From contig JANRMC010000200.1 in the NCBI GenBank assembly GCA_033761915.1, positions 1,007-65,006 on the forward strand: a stretch of 64,000 nt of DNA, written 5' to 3'. The notes beneath the pieces were generated by a model. The model worked only from the letters and a program-made list of their open reading frames with translations. It was not told the origin of the DNA and did no database searches. Origin of the DNA: Flavihumibacter sp. Its GTDB lineage: Bacteria > Bacteroidota > Bacteroidia > Chitinophagales > Chitinophagaceae. This document shows positions 1-10,600 of this stretch, in pieces. Position 1 is the first letter of the stretch, and every line of letters starts with the position of its first letter. The position numbers and the translations under genes were made by a program.

Positions 1-3000
1 GTAATTACCGTCATCAATATCGTAGCGGCCCGACATGGTTAGTGGTTCGCGGGTGCCAATACGGAGTTTAACAGTGCCGTGTCCTCTTGCACTAATCTGG
101 TCTCCGGCATTTTCATCCAGCACCATATTTATTTTGGTGAGGCGGTTAGCGGTAAGTTCTAATTTGGTAAGCAGGTTGCTGCTTTCTTTTATTTTGCCGC
201 TGCCGGTTAATTCTTTACCATATACTTTCCAGGTTAAAAAACTGGCTTCGCTGGAAGCCCGGCCTGTTGTATTGGGTAATGTAATTTCAGAGCTGTCAGT
301 AGCTTCTCCCTGCACTTCCATCAGCATATCTTCCTGCGGGCCTTTAAAAATAAAGTTGGCTTTGCCAATGGCCCTGCCGTAAAACTGACTGTTATCCCGG
401 GCCGTAGTATTTAAGAGCAGCATGCGGTTGGTGCGTACTTTAAAATCAAACCCCATGTCTTTAAAATTACTATGGTACAACTTACCGGTTACTAACTCGC
501 CGGTATTGCCCAACTGGTCTTTAATAGTAAAGCTGCCAAAGTCTATACCTTCTTCAGTTAATTTTATTTTAGCTTCAGGCACCAGGTAAAGGCATTTGGT
601 ATAATCAACCATCAGTTGTCCATCTTTCAACTGAATATTGCCCAGATATTTTAAGTCATTACCCTTGCCCACTATGCGCAGGTTGCCGGTTGCCTGCCCG
701 TCTAACTGGCTGAAGATATCTGTTAAATACCGGTTTAAAAGACTGATGGAAGTACCTCTTAGTTCAGTATTAATATCAATGGCATTGTCACGGGCACTAT
801 CTAATGTGTTTACAAAACCATTTACACTAAAGTTGTAGTTTTTATTTTCGCTGAGGGTGGTAAAGTTTACTTTGCCGGTAGCTTTTGAGTAATTGGTGGT
901 TAATGATAGTTTGCCAACAGAATCATCATCTAAGCGAAATTGTTCAGCTTCCGCTTTTACATCCACATTCATTTTTCCAAAAGGGTCTATAACATCTACC
1001 TGTCCGCTCAACAAACCTTCTAGGCGATTTTCTTTTATAAAGAAGGGGGCAAAGTCTCCAATGTTTATTTTCTTTAAATCAATCCTCAGGTCGTTGCTGT
1101 TGCCTGTTTCTGAGGGCTGGCTGGAAATAACCACTTCCTGGTCGCCACTGTAAATGCGTAAGCCATCGGTAGTAACAAGGTCTCTTGTTAAAGTAAGCTC
1201 ACCATCTCTGTCAATATTCCACCGCTTACCATTTACATCAAATGTTGAAGGATCAAACACCACACTAAAACCGTTTTTCATGGTTTGTACGGTGCCGGAA
1301 ATGTCTGCAGCATTCAATGTTTGGTTGGCACTTGTTTTTACTTTTACTTTTGAAATATCGCCGCCGCTGCTGATGTTAATTTTTGTATCCGGAAAATGCA
1401 GGCTGTCGTTTACAAACACATCTCCAATGGTGCTTTGCACACTCAGCGTATCCAGGTTGCCACGCCCTTTCAGCATAACATTATAAAAAGCCGTTTTCTG
1501 ATAACTGAATTGAGGTACTTCTGCATCCAGATCAAACAAATTTTCGGCGGTGTTAATACGGCCGGTAATGGTGGTATTATTAAACCCTTTTAAATCTTTA
1601 TCCACCAGATCAAGATATTCATCCACCTTTTTGGTGGTAATCACAAAACTAAAATTTTCAATACCGGGGTTTCTTTTAGCAGGGGCTATATAGCTGGGGT
1701 AGTAGCGGTTTAAAAAAGTTTGAAACGCCGTCGGTAAATCAACAGTTGAAAAATCGCCTACCAGTGCTGCATCAAACTCGTTACTTACTGCAACAATGCT
1801 TTTACTGTCTCCTATCTTTTTAGATTCTACTGAAAGGCTATCAAAAGAAATGCGATTGCCATTTTTAAAAATAGAGGCATCTGTTATACGTGCCGTGCCT
1901 AAAAAATTATCAATGGTATTGCCGGTAAAATCAAAACGCAGGTTGCCATTAAAATCAACATCATCTTTAATAAAGTTCAATGCCTTTAAGTTGGCCTTAT
2001 TAATAGCCGCAATAAAATCAAACTCGGGTACTTTATGGTTCAGGTTAATAAGGCCGTTCAATACCACATCCAGGTGCGGGTCGCGGGCAATTAACTGTCC
2101 TTTAAAAAGTTTATTATCAAATAAGCCTTTAATGCTGATGTTTTGATAATTGTAATTTTTAAAACTAAATTGTTGTACCTCTCCGTTTACTTCCACTTCC
2201 AGGTTTTTATCGCTGGCGGCATTGCCTTTTACAGTACTGTTAAACTGTATATTTCCAAAATCATCATTATCAATCAATGCACCAATGTTAAAACCGGGGC
2301 TGGCAATTTTACCAGAGTATTGTGCAGCTTTGTTATCCGGAAATTTAAGGTTTACATCAGAGCTGATGGTACCCAATGCCGTTTGCAGCGTGCCATGTGT
2401 AACAAAATCTTTTACAAAACCGGTAAGGTTGCCGGTAAAGTTTATATAACTCAACCGGTCCAGCCTGGGATTTTTAACCGTACGCAAAGCCGGTACCAGC
2501 AGTAATGCATCTGCATAGGTGGTAGCAAGTTTATTGGCTTTTACATCAATATATGTTTTATCAATTTCGGGCAAGCCTTTTAAAATAAAATCTCCTTCCA
2601 GCAGAGTGCTGTTGCCTGTTTTAACAACAAGGTTTTTACCACCCAGGTTTTCTATAGTGCCTTTAATAGTGCCAGATAAATGCACTTCTTTATTCCAGCT
2701 GGCCAGTTCTGGTGCAAAGTAGGCTATATCATCGCTGTGTATGATGGCATCTTTAAAAGTGCCCTGCAACTTTATTTTTTCAATAAAATCACTCATGTCA
2801 TCAAATTCGTTATAGCGCATGGCATAATAATCAGACAGCCGGCTTTTGTTGGTGCGTAAATCCAGTTGGCTAAACTCCATGGCTTCTGGGTGCCATTTAA
2901 CAGCAGCGTTAAATTTCTTTACTTCAAAACCGCTGCGTTCTTTGGTGGTTAATTGCAGGTTGGCAAACAACGTATCTTTTTGCAGCCGCAGGTTTTTAAA

Positions 3001-3819
3001 GCTGGCATTAATGGCATCAAATTTTACATAGTTGCCATCAAAATAATGATAGGGTGCTCTGTTCATAAAAACATGGCTTTTAAAACTGCCGTTTTTTATG
3101 GCCAGTGCATCCATCGCTAACTGCCAGCCTTCGGGGTTCCAGCGAAGTGTGGAGTCTTTGCTATGATCAATAGAGGGATAAAAAGGTTTCTTCTTACGCT
3201 TGCCGGGATAATTGTAAATACTAAAAATCGGGTCTTCTATCTCCACCGATTCTAAATGCGCCATTTTTTTTTCTATATCAAGCTGGTTGGCTTTTACGTG
3301 CAGAGAGCGCAGGTAAATAGCCATATCTTCTCCGCGCCATTCATCTTTTTGCAGAAAGTGAATGTTTTTTAAATCCACTTCTTTTAAATCTAACTGAATA
3401 CTTTTTTTATTGCCGCTGCTGCTGCCACCAGAAAAATAGTCCGCCAAAAAACGGTGGTTCCAAACAGAATCGCTGCGGTGCAAAAACACACGGGCATCTT
3501 CCAGCCCCACATATTCTAAAGTAGCTTTATCTTTTAAAAAAAACCAGTCTGTAATATTTACTTTTAATTTGCCTGCATACAGCAGCGTGTCTTTGTTCCT
3601 ATCCTGCACCAGCGTGCCTTCCATTAGCAACTTGTTAAAGAAGGTAAAATTTACCCGATCTATTTTTACGGTTGTTTCCAGGTCTTTAGAAAGACGTTTG
3701 GTAGCCTGGTGTACCAGCCAGTTTTGCACGGGGCTGGTATGCAATAAACCATACACCAACAGCAGCAACGCTATCAAGGTAAGCAAGGTGTAACCTAGTA
3801 TTTTTCCGGCTTTTTTCAG
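1..3819 (-). CDS. tamB: TamB/AsmA-like translocation-and-assembly-module protein, N-terminal 1273 codons (3' end runs off the left window edge)
   Basis: An uninterrupted reverse-strand frame runs from 3819 to 1. It is absent from the ORF track because no stop lies inside the window. It has an N-terminal TM anchor (KKAGKILGYTLLTLIALLLLVYGLL), a long beta-rich repetitive body, and a DUF490-like GRYDIDDGNY at the edge. There is no ATG or GTG at the 5' end: the in-frame stop is at 3823-3825, followed by CTG at 3817-3819 and TTG at 3784-3786. Confidence 0.8.
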   Translation of the reverse strand, partial: MKKAGKILGYTLLTLIALLLLVYGLLHTSPVQNWLVHQATKRLSKDLETTVKIDRVNFTFFNKLLMEGTLVQDRNKDTLLYAGKLKVNITDWFFLKDKATLEYVGLEDARVFLHRSDSVWNHRFLADYFSGGSSSGNKKSIQLDLKEVDLKNIHFLQKDEWRGEDMAIYLRSLHVKANQLDIEKKMAHLESVEIEDPIFSIYNYPGKRKKKPFYPSIDHSKDSTLRWNPEGWQLAMDALAIKNGSFKSHVFMNRAPYHYFDGNYVKFDAINASFKNLRLQKDTLFANLQLTTKERSGFEVKKFNAAVKWHPEAMEFSQLDLRTNKSRLSDYYAMRYNEFDDMSDFIEKIKLQGTFKDAIIHSDDIAYFAPELASWNKEVHLSGTIKGTIENLGGKNLVVKTGNSTLLEGDFILKGLPEIDKTYIDVKANKLATTYADALLLVPALRTVKNPRLDRLSYINFTGNLTGFVKDFVTHGTLQTALGTISSDVNLKFPDNKAAQYSGKIASPGFNIGALIDNDDFGNIQFNSTVKGNAASDKNLEVEVNGEVQQFSFKNYNYQNISIKGLFDNKLFKGQLIARDPHLDVVLNGLINLNHKVPEFDFIAAINKANLKALNFIKDDVDFNGNLRFDFTGNTIDNFLGTARITDASIFKNGNRISFDSLSVESKKIGDSKSIVAVSNEFDAALVGDFSTVDLPTAFQTFLNRYYPSYIAPAKRNPGIENFSFVITTKKVDEYLDLVDKDLKGFNNTTITGRINTAENLFDLDAEVPQFSYQKTAFYNVMLKGRGNLDTLSVQSTIGDVFVNDSLHFPDTKINISSGGDISKVKVKTSANQTLNAADISGTVQTMKNGFSVVFDPSTFDVNGKRWNIDRDGELTLTRDLVTTDGLRIYSGDQEVVISSQPSETGNSNDLRIDLKKINIGDFAPFFIKENRLEGLLSGQVDVIDPFGKMNVDVKAEAEQFRLDDDSVGKLSLTTNYSKATGKVNFTTLSENKNYNFSVNGFVNTLDSARDNAIDINTELRGTSISLLNRYLTDIFSQLDGQATGNLRIVGKGNDLKYLGNIQLKDGQLMVDYTKCLYLVPEAKIKLTEEGIDFGSFTIKDQLGNTGELVTGKLYHSNFKDMGFDFKVRTNRMLLLNTTARDNSQFYGRAIGKANFIFKGPQEDMLMEVQGEATDSSEITLPNTTGRASSEASFLTWKVYGKELTGSGKIKESSNLLTKLELTANRLTKINMVLDENAGDQISARGHGTVKLRIGTREPLTMSGRYDIDDGNY

Positions 3820-3954
3820 GGCTTAGAAATATTATTTGTAAAAATAGCGAATCGGTAAGAGAGAGCAAATTCAATACCACACCAAAGTAGTATTTTTTTA
3901 ACTGCGTTGTGGCTTTGTTAAAAGCGCTTTTTGCCCAATAAATTACTGCGGCCG

Positions 3955-4038
3955 AAGTGTGCCCCGATGGCAAAACACAAATCCAATCGGGGTTTGCAAC
4001 GAGCAACAACTGCCGCCTCTTGTACCGGTGCTGGTATC
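3955..4038. repeat. palindromic element PE-1 (variant arm carrying a GC hairpin; half element)
   Basis: GAAGTGTGC-CCCGAT..ATCGGGG-TTTGCAACGAGCAACAACTG, then an outer GTACCGGTGCTGGTATC. The same variant occurs at 28534-28640. Confidence 0.55.
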
Positions 4039-4065
4039 AAATAATTTTCTTTTTTAAGTGTTTAT

Positions 4066-4209
4066 GGGTACTGTGCCGGCAACTGTTTTTCATAGCAACA
4101 GTTGTTGCGTCGCACCTGTTAGCTGCAACGCTGCGAGGAACGAGTAGCTGTTGCACTTCATCCCGCCAATAGCGGGACTTCAGCGCCAGTGCTGGTGGCA
4201 GCCGGTTTC
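4066..4209. repeat. palindromic element PE-2 (left arm intact, right arm degenerate)
   Basis: Outer GGGTACTGTGCCGGCAACTG; core GTTGTTGCGTCGCACC at 4101-4116; distal CTTCAGCGCCAGTGCTGGTGGCAGCCGGTTTC. Confidence 0.55.
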
Positions 4210-4255
4210 ATCATTGCGTTTAGCAACAGGGTTGTACTTTAGCAAAAACAATTTT

Positions 4256-4798
4256 ATGTCAACCATTGGTACCACTTACCTGCAATCGGCCATTAAACGA
4301 CTTTTATATTATAAAGACCTGGCAGAAAAAACGTTTGCCCAGCTAAGTGAGGAAGCACTTTTTTATACCCCCCATGCAGCCAGCAACAGCATTGCTATAG
4401 TAGTGCAACATCTGGCAGGCAATATGCTCAGCCGGTTTACGCATTTTTTAACAGAAGACGGGGAGAAGCCATGGCGCCACCGCGATGCAGAGTTTGAACC
4501 CACTATTAAAGATGCTGCCGCTTTACTGGCTTACTGGCAAAAAGGGTGGGATTGCTGTATAACTGCGCTGCAAGCCCTGCAGGAAGACGATTTGCAAAAA
4601 ACAATATACATCAGAACAGAACCCTTGCTGGTAATAGATGCTATTAACCGGCAACTGGCGCACTACCCGTACCATGCAGGGCAAATAGTTTTTTTAGGTA
4701 AACTATTAAAGGGCGCCGAATGGCAAACCTTATCAATAGCCAGAGGACAATCGGCGCAATTTAACAGCCATATGCAAGAGCAAAGCAGCAAGAAATAA
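4256..4798 (+). CDS. DinB-superfamily protein (DUF1572-like)
   Basis: ORF track 4151..4798. I trimmed the start to ATG 4256 (MSTIGTTYLQSAIKRL) because the 35 upstream codons read through a palindromic repeat. Spaced His residues are typical of the DinB helical bundle (VVQHLAGN, WRHRDAEF, LAHYPYHAGQ). Confidence 0.7.
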   Translation: MSTIGTTYLQSAIKRLLYYKDLAEKTFAQLSEEALFYTPHAASNSIAIVVQHLAGNMLSRFTHFLTEDGEKPWRHRDAEFEPTIKDAAALLAYWQKGWDCCITALQALQEDDLQKTIYIRTEPLLVIDAINRQLAHYPYHAGQIVFLGKLLKGAEWQTLSIARGQSAQFNSHMQEQSSKK

Positions 4799-4907
4799 TT
4801 TATTAAAACCCTTGCAGGGCTAAGCTTCTATGGTTATCTTGTGCCGCCTTCACACCATCCAACAGCACTACGAAAAGCCTTTGGTAAACCCTTTAAACCC
4901 CGCTAAA

Positions 4908-5531
4908 ATGAAAAAAAGGTTTTTCGGCCTCACGGTATTTTTATTGCTACTGCATACTGCCCATGCGCAGGTAAACTGGGCTGTAAAAGCCGGCTTTCAA
5001 TATGGCAGCGCCACCATTAAATTAAAAGACGAGAAAATTGCATCGGGCTCTTTACCCGGATTAAATATAGGTATTGCCACCCGCGTGCCAATTGATAAGC
5101 AGGTGTATTTTGCCCCCGGCTTTCATTATACCATAAAAGCCTACAGCATTGCTGCCACCAGCACCGCCCCACAAAAAGATTACCGGTTTACGTATTTAGA
5201 ACTACCTGTTTTACTGCAAATAAATTTTAGTGAAGATGCAGAACAGGGGGCTTATTTTAAAATTGGTCCTTCTTTAGGGCTGGCCATAAAAGGAAAAGAA
5301 ACCTTTAAAAACAGTTTTGGCAACGTTACCAATAACAAACTAAAATTTAGTTTTGGCGAGTATGGTTATGCCGATGCTGCCGCCCATGCTTTTTTGGGCT
5401 ATACCTTTAAGGGAGGTTTTTTTGCAGAAGCGGGCATTGTGCAAAACCTGGGCAGCATTAGTAACGATGATTTTGGCCCTAAGATTACACCGCGACAGTT
5501 AACGGTTAATTTGGGGTATTTTATAAAGTAG
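4908..5531 (+). CDS. small outer-membrane beta-barrel (porin-family) protein
   Basis: ORF track 4830..5531, trimmed to ATG 4908. It has a signal peptide (MKKRFFGLTVFLLLLHTAHAQ), an alternating beta-strand pattern and a C-terminal LTVNLGYFIK. Confidence 0.75.
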   Translation: MKKRFFGLTVFLLLLHTAHAQVNWAVKAGFQYGSATIKLKDEKIASGSLPGLNIGIATRVPIDKQVYFAPGFHYTIKAYSIAATSTAPQKDYRFTYLELPVLLQINFSEDAEQGAYFKIGPSLGLAIKGKETFKNSFGNVTNNKLKFSFGEYGYADAAAHAFLGYTFKGGFFAEAGIVQNLGSISNDDFGPKITPRQLTVNLGYFIK

Positions 5532-5547
5532 GTAATAGCATATAAAA

Positions 5548-5585
5548 GAAAATGCCGGTAACATTATTACCGGCATTTTCTTTTC
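5548..5585. terminator. bidirectional rho-independent terminator between convergent genes
   Basis: A perfect 14-bp stem (GAAAATGCCGGTAA / TTACCGGCATTTTC) with a 5-nt loop, an A-run before and a T-run after. Confidence 0.8.
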
Positions 5586-5593
5586 AAATAATT

Positions 5594-7309
5594 TTAATAC
5601 CCCGCCACCGCATCATCCCCCCGTTTATCAGCAGCGCATTCAAATTTTTTATTGGGTAATACTTTAATCACTTCGGTACGGCCAATCTGGCCGCGTATAT
5701 TTATTTTATATCCCTTGGCTTTTAAGGCTTCAATTACTGCGGCCGGAAAATCTTTTTCTACATACACCTCATCGGGCAACCATTGGTGGTGAAATTTAGG
5801 TTTGTTTACTGCATCGGCAGCACTCATATCAAACTCCAGCAGATTAATTAAAGTTTGATATACCGATGTGGGAATAGTGGTACCACCGGGTGTGCCGGCA
5901 ACAATATAAGGCTGATTGTTTTTTAATACTATGGTAGGCGTCATACTACTCAGCATTCTTTTGCCCGGGGCAATAGCATTGGCTTCTGCACCCACGGCAC
6001 CGTACATATTGGGCACGCCCGGCTTTACACTAAAATCATCCATTTCATTATTCAATAAAAAACCAGCACCGCCCACTACGGTTTTGCTGCCATAGCCACC
6101 GTTTAAGGTAGTGGTAACAGATACAGCATTGCCATATTTATCAATTACACTCAGGTGGGTGGTTTCTTCACTTTCAGGGTTAACAGCACCGGGTTTGGTA
6201 ACCTGGCTACTGCCGGCAACGGCCGGGTTATAATCAGCTATCCGTTCTTTAGCATAAGCATCACTGGTTAATCGCTTCACCGGTACTTTTACAAAATCCT
6301 GGTCGCCCATAAACTCCGCACGGTCGGCATAGGCTCTGCGTTCTGCCTCTACCATTAACTGCACCGCTTCTGCCGAATGAAATCCCATGCCCGCTACATT
6401 TTTTTGTTCCACCATCTTCATGGTTTGGTTAATAATAATGCCACCGCTGCTGGGAAGGGGCATCGTAATTACCATATAATCTTTATACGGAAAACTTAAT
6501 ACTGTTCTTTCCTTTGCTTCATATTTTTTAAGGTCTTCATAGGTAATTAAACCCTTGCCTCTTTGCATTTCTTCCACAATCAACCGGGCCGTTTCGCCTT
6601 CATAAAAACCGGCCTGCCCCAATTGGCTTATTCTTTTCAAAGTGGCAGCCAGTTCTGGTTGTATTAACGTATCACCCTCTTTCCATGGTTGTTGTTTTAT
6701 AAAAGCAGTGGCTTTAGTATTGTATTTGGCAAATGCATCTTTGTAGGCATTTAAGCCCGATGCTTCTGCTTTGGTAATTACAAATCCTTTTTCTGCTAAA
6801 ACTATGGCGGGTGCAATCAGTGTTTTAAAAGAAAGCTTCGCGTATTTCATAGAGGCAAATAAGCCGGCAATAGTGCCGGGCACACCAGCCGCCAGGTGCC
6901 CGTGCTGACTTAAATTTAACTGCGCATTACCAGCAGCATCCAGATACATATCCCGGTGTGCAGCTGCCGGTGCTTTCTCCCGATAGTCAAGTGCAATATT
7001 GCTACCATCTTTTAAATGCGCAATCATAAAACCACCACCACCAATATTACCAGCGCCAGGGTACACCACTGCCAAAGCTAATTGGGTGGCAATAGCGGCA
7101 TCCACTGCATTGCCGCCTTTTTTCAGCATTAGTAAACCTGCCTGACTGGCCAGCGGATGTGCCGATACCACAGCGCCGTTACTTACTGTAGCCGTTTTTT
7201 CAATGCCATATTTATAGGCATTTAAAACTGGCTTTTTCTTTTGCGCAAAACCTGCAGCACTGCTCATTAGTACAAAACCTGCTGCAGCAAAAATTACTTT
7301 ACAATTCAT
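5594..7309 (-). CDS. ggt: gamma-glutamyltransferase
   Basis: 571 aa with a signal peptide. It carries the autoprocessing/catalytic Thr region (ESEETTHLSVIDKYGNAVSVTTTLNGGYGS) and AGTPGGTTIPTSV, both typical of GGT Ntn hydrolases. Confidence 0.93.
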   Translation of the reverse strand: MNCKVIFAAAGFVLMSSAAGFAQKKKPVLNAYKYGIEKTATVSNGAVVSAHPLASQAGLLMLKKGGNAVDAAIATQLALAVVYPGAGNIGGGGFMIAHLKDGSNIALDYREKAPAAAHRDMYLDAAGNAQLNLSQHGHLAAGVPGTIAGLFASMKYAKLSFKTLIAPAIVLAEKGFVITKAEASGLNAYKDAFAKYNTKATAFIKQQPWKEGDTLIQPELAATLKRISQLGQAGFYEGETARLIVEEMQRGKGLITYEDLKKYEAKERTVLSFPYKDYMVITMPLPSSGGIIINQTMKMVEQKNVAGMGFHSAEAVQLMVEAERRAYADRAEFMGDQDFVKVPVKRLTSDAYAKERIADYNPAVAGSSQVTKPGAVNPESEETTHLSVIDKYGNAVSVTTTLNGGYGSKTVVGGAGFLLNNEMDDFSVKPGVPNMYGAVGAEANAIAPGKRMLSSMTPTIVLKNNQPYIVAGTPGGTTIPTSVYQTLINLLEFDMSAADAVNKPKFHHQWLPDEVYVEKDFPAAVIEALKAKGYKINIRGQIGRTEVIKVLPNKKFECAADKRGDDAVAGY

Positions 7310-7336
7310 ACAAACAAATTATTTAAACATTTTTAA

Positions 7337-7412
7337 CCGGGTAGCCAGCTTAAGTAATGCTATTAAACTCTCGTTGCGTCGCACACTTCAGCGGCAACAA
7401 TATTGCTGAACC
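7337..7412. repeat. palindromic element PE-3 (left arm only)
   Basis: CCGGGTAGCCAGCTTAAGTAATGCTATTAAACTCTCGTTGCGTCGCACACTTCAGC, with the core at 7372-7392. Only GCTGAA remains of the right arm. Confidence 0.7.
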
Positions 7413-7525
7413 AAATTTGCATTTTGTTGCTACTATAGTTTTAGCAAACAATAAACCATGCCGGGGTAAATGGTTATTATGTTGAAAATTACGCAACTAA
7501 AAACAAAATGGCCATCTTTTTTGTT

Positions 7526-7603
7526 AGCTAAAATCCCTAAATTCGACTGTAGATGGACAAAAAATTCTATCTTACTGTAAATCTCCAAGTCCTTCCTGCA
7601 AAC
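7526..7603 (+). promoter_or_regulatory. conserved upstream block shared with the T9SS paralog B leader
   Basis: The colinear blocks are AGCTAAAAT, ATGGaCAAAAA, CTGTAaaTCTCCAAGT and TCCTGC. They end 30 nt before ATG 7633 and also occur at 41945-42008. Confidence 0.4.
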
Positions 7604-7632
7604 CAAACTAACTAAACAAATTGGGTTAAATT

Positions 7633-10600
7633 ATGAGAAAATTCATCCACGCATGTCGCCTGTCAGGCATCATTACCTTTTTGTTATTACTGTTTAATGC
7701 AGCCAACGCACAAACCGGCACTGTAAAAGGTACGGTTAAAGACGCAGGCGGTCTTCCATTAAACGGTGCATCAGTAACTGTTGAAGGTAAAAAAATCGGA
7801 ACTGTAACAGATGCAAATGGTAATTACAATCTTAAAGTTCCGCCCGGAGAACACACTATTGTTGTAAGTTTTGTTGGCCAGAGCCCGCAACGCATGAAGG
7901 TTGTTGTAGGCGCCGGCGGTACAGTAGAGCAAAATTTTACAACTATAGAAAATTCAGATTTAAGTAATGTGGTGGTGGTAGGCTCCCGTTCCAGAGATGC
8001 ACGCAGTCGTATTGCAAGTCCTGTTCCGGTAGATATTATCCGCACTAAAGATATTAAGCCATTTGCACAGGCAGATGTTACGCAGATGCTTACTTACTCA
8101 GCACCTTCTTTCCAGTCAGCCCGCCAAACAATTTCAGATGGTACAGATCATATAGATCCTGCCGGTTTACGTGGCCTCGGACCCGATCAGACATTGGTAT
8201 TGGTAAACGGCAAACGTCGTCATAACACAGCACTTGTAAACATCAATGGTACGGTAGGTCGCGGTTCTGTGGGTACCGATTTAAATGCTATACCCGCCTC
8301 TGCTATTGAAAGAATAGAAGTATTAAGAGATGGTGCTGCTGCACAGTATGGCTCTGATGCCATTGCTGGCGTAATCAATATAGTTTTAAAAGAAAATTAC
8401 AGTGGGCTTAATATTTCTGCCATGGCCGGTCAAAACATGACCAATATGCCATACAATGGTGGCACAAAAATTAATGATGGGGCCAACACGCAAATAGATT
8501 TTAGTGGTGGCAAATCAAAAAAAGGAGTTGGCTATTTCAACTTCAGCGGCCAGTGGCTAAGAAGAGAACAAAGTAACAGAAGCGGTCTTGATAATATACC
8601 TCTTATATATATTGGCAATGGTGGCGCTTTTGCAAGCCCTCCTCCCGGTTATAATACTACCGATTACAGAAGATGGCTGATGGATCAGGATGCTGCTATT
8701 GTAAGCGCAAGAGGTTACAACCGCAGAAACATTGTAGCGGGCAACTCGTATTCAGATAACGTTTCATTAATGTTCAATGGTGGTGCCAATGTGGGAGAAA
8801 ATGCTGAAATATATGTGGCAGCCGGTACAGCGCACCGCAATGGCCGTGCTTCAGGTTTCAGCCGTAACCCCAACTCATGGAACCAGCAACCGGTATTGGC
8901 CAACGGCCAACGGTTTTATTACGATGGATTCCTGCCAGAAATTCATCCCACTATTTCAGATATTTCTGTATTAGCGGGTATTAAATTTAAAGGGGGTAAA
9001 TGGAATTTTGATTTAAGCAATGTGGTTGGTAAGAATACTATCTGGTACGATATTAAGAATACCGGTAACGCTTCTTTACCAGCAACCAATAATGTTCAAA
9101 CAGAATTCTATGCAGGTCGTTTGTCTTTCCGCCAAAACACTGCAAACCTGGATGTAAGCCGTAAGTTTGATTTCAGCACCAGCAAAAGTATCAACGTTGC
9201 TTTTGGTGCTGAATACCGTAATGAGCAATTCCAGATTAAAGATGGAGAAACCAACTCATGGAACAATGGCGGCCGCTTTGCAACACCCGATCCTATTGGT
9301 CCTCCTCCCGGTTCTGTAATCTGGACAACCTTTACACCCGTTGCTACCGCCAGTGGTTCACAAGTATTTCCTGGTTTTAAACCAGAAGATGCATTAACGG
9401 CTTCAAGAAATGTATATGCTGCTTACGGAGATGTGGAATTAACCGTAGGTAAATTTTTATTAGGTGGTGCTGCCCGGTACGAAAACTATCAGGAAAAAAG
9501 TGCTGCGTATGATAACCTGAGCTGGAAACTGACTTCACGGTATGAAATCAATCCTAAGGTGGCCATTCGTGGTTCTGTTAGCACCGGCTTCAGAGCACCA
9601 TCTTTGCACCAGCGTTATTTCCAAAATACATCCACACAGTTTGTAGCCGGCTTACCATCTAATGCATTAACGGCAAATAACAATAATAAAATTGTTCGTG
9701 AGGCTTTTGGTATCGATCAGTTGAAGCCAGAAACTTCTACCAGCTATACAGTGGGTGTTACCGGCCGCATTGGTGGCAGCTTTACTTATACCATTGACGG
9801 ATACTTTATTTCAATTAAAGACAGAATCGTTTTATCTACCCAATTTAACCGCAGCAACCCGTTAGTGGCAACCATTTTAAATAACTATGGTGTGGATGCT
9901 TCTACCAACGCACTGCAGTTTTGGACCAACGCCATCAACACACAAACAAAAGGTATCGATATTGTATTAACCGATCGTTTTCGTTTAGGTGCCGGCAATG
10001 CTTCTTTGTCTTTTGCAGCTAACTTTAACCGCAACGATGTGGTGGGTGGTTTAAATACCAATTCAGTAATTGATGATCCCAAAAATAATCCCAGCAGAGG
10101 CGATAATAATTTAAACCCTGCCAACGACCTTTCTTATGCCCTGTTCGACAGACAGCAGAAAAGCCGTATTGAAGTATTGCAGCCCCGCAGTAAAATGAAT
10201 CTTACATTCAATTACAGTTTAAAGAGCTGGAACTTTCTGGCAAGAGTGGTACGTTTTGGAGAAATCAGTTTTGTAAACAACTTAGATCCTAATTCTAAAA
10301 ACCCTAATACCGGTGTTTATTTTAATGATCTGGGCTTGGGTGTAGACCAAACATTTGGTGCAAAAGCCACTACCGATTTAGTAGTGTCTTATAACTTCTG
10401 CCCGGGGGTTACTTTATCTGCTGGCGGCAATAATATTTTTGATATTTATCCAGATAGAATATTTATCGATTCCCGCAACGATCCGGCAGCGGTTTATGCC
10501 AACCCCGTTCAAACTTCATTAACCACTTCAAAAACAACAGGCGGGTACAGTGCTGGTCGTGATGCTTCAAACCGTGGACGGTTTTTATTTAATGCCAACC

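Noticed and set aside
4151-4255. N-terminal extensions proposed by the ORF track (4151, 4830, 11671, 20355, 21936 for the RDD gene, 33896, 37463, 39501, 52155, 59730)
   Set aside because: The extensions read through palindromic repeat arms, overlap the upstream gene, or precede an obvious signal peptide or conserved N-terminus that begins at an internal ATG. I trimmed the starts accordingly.
7310-7632. Riboswitch (for example cobalamin) or SusC/SusD-type PUL context for the TonB-dependent receptor
   Set aside because: I see no B12-box or other riboswitch core in the leader. No SusD-like gene follows, and the next gene is a GT9 transferase after a terminator and a repeat.
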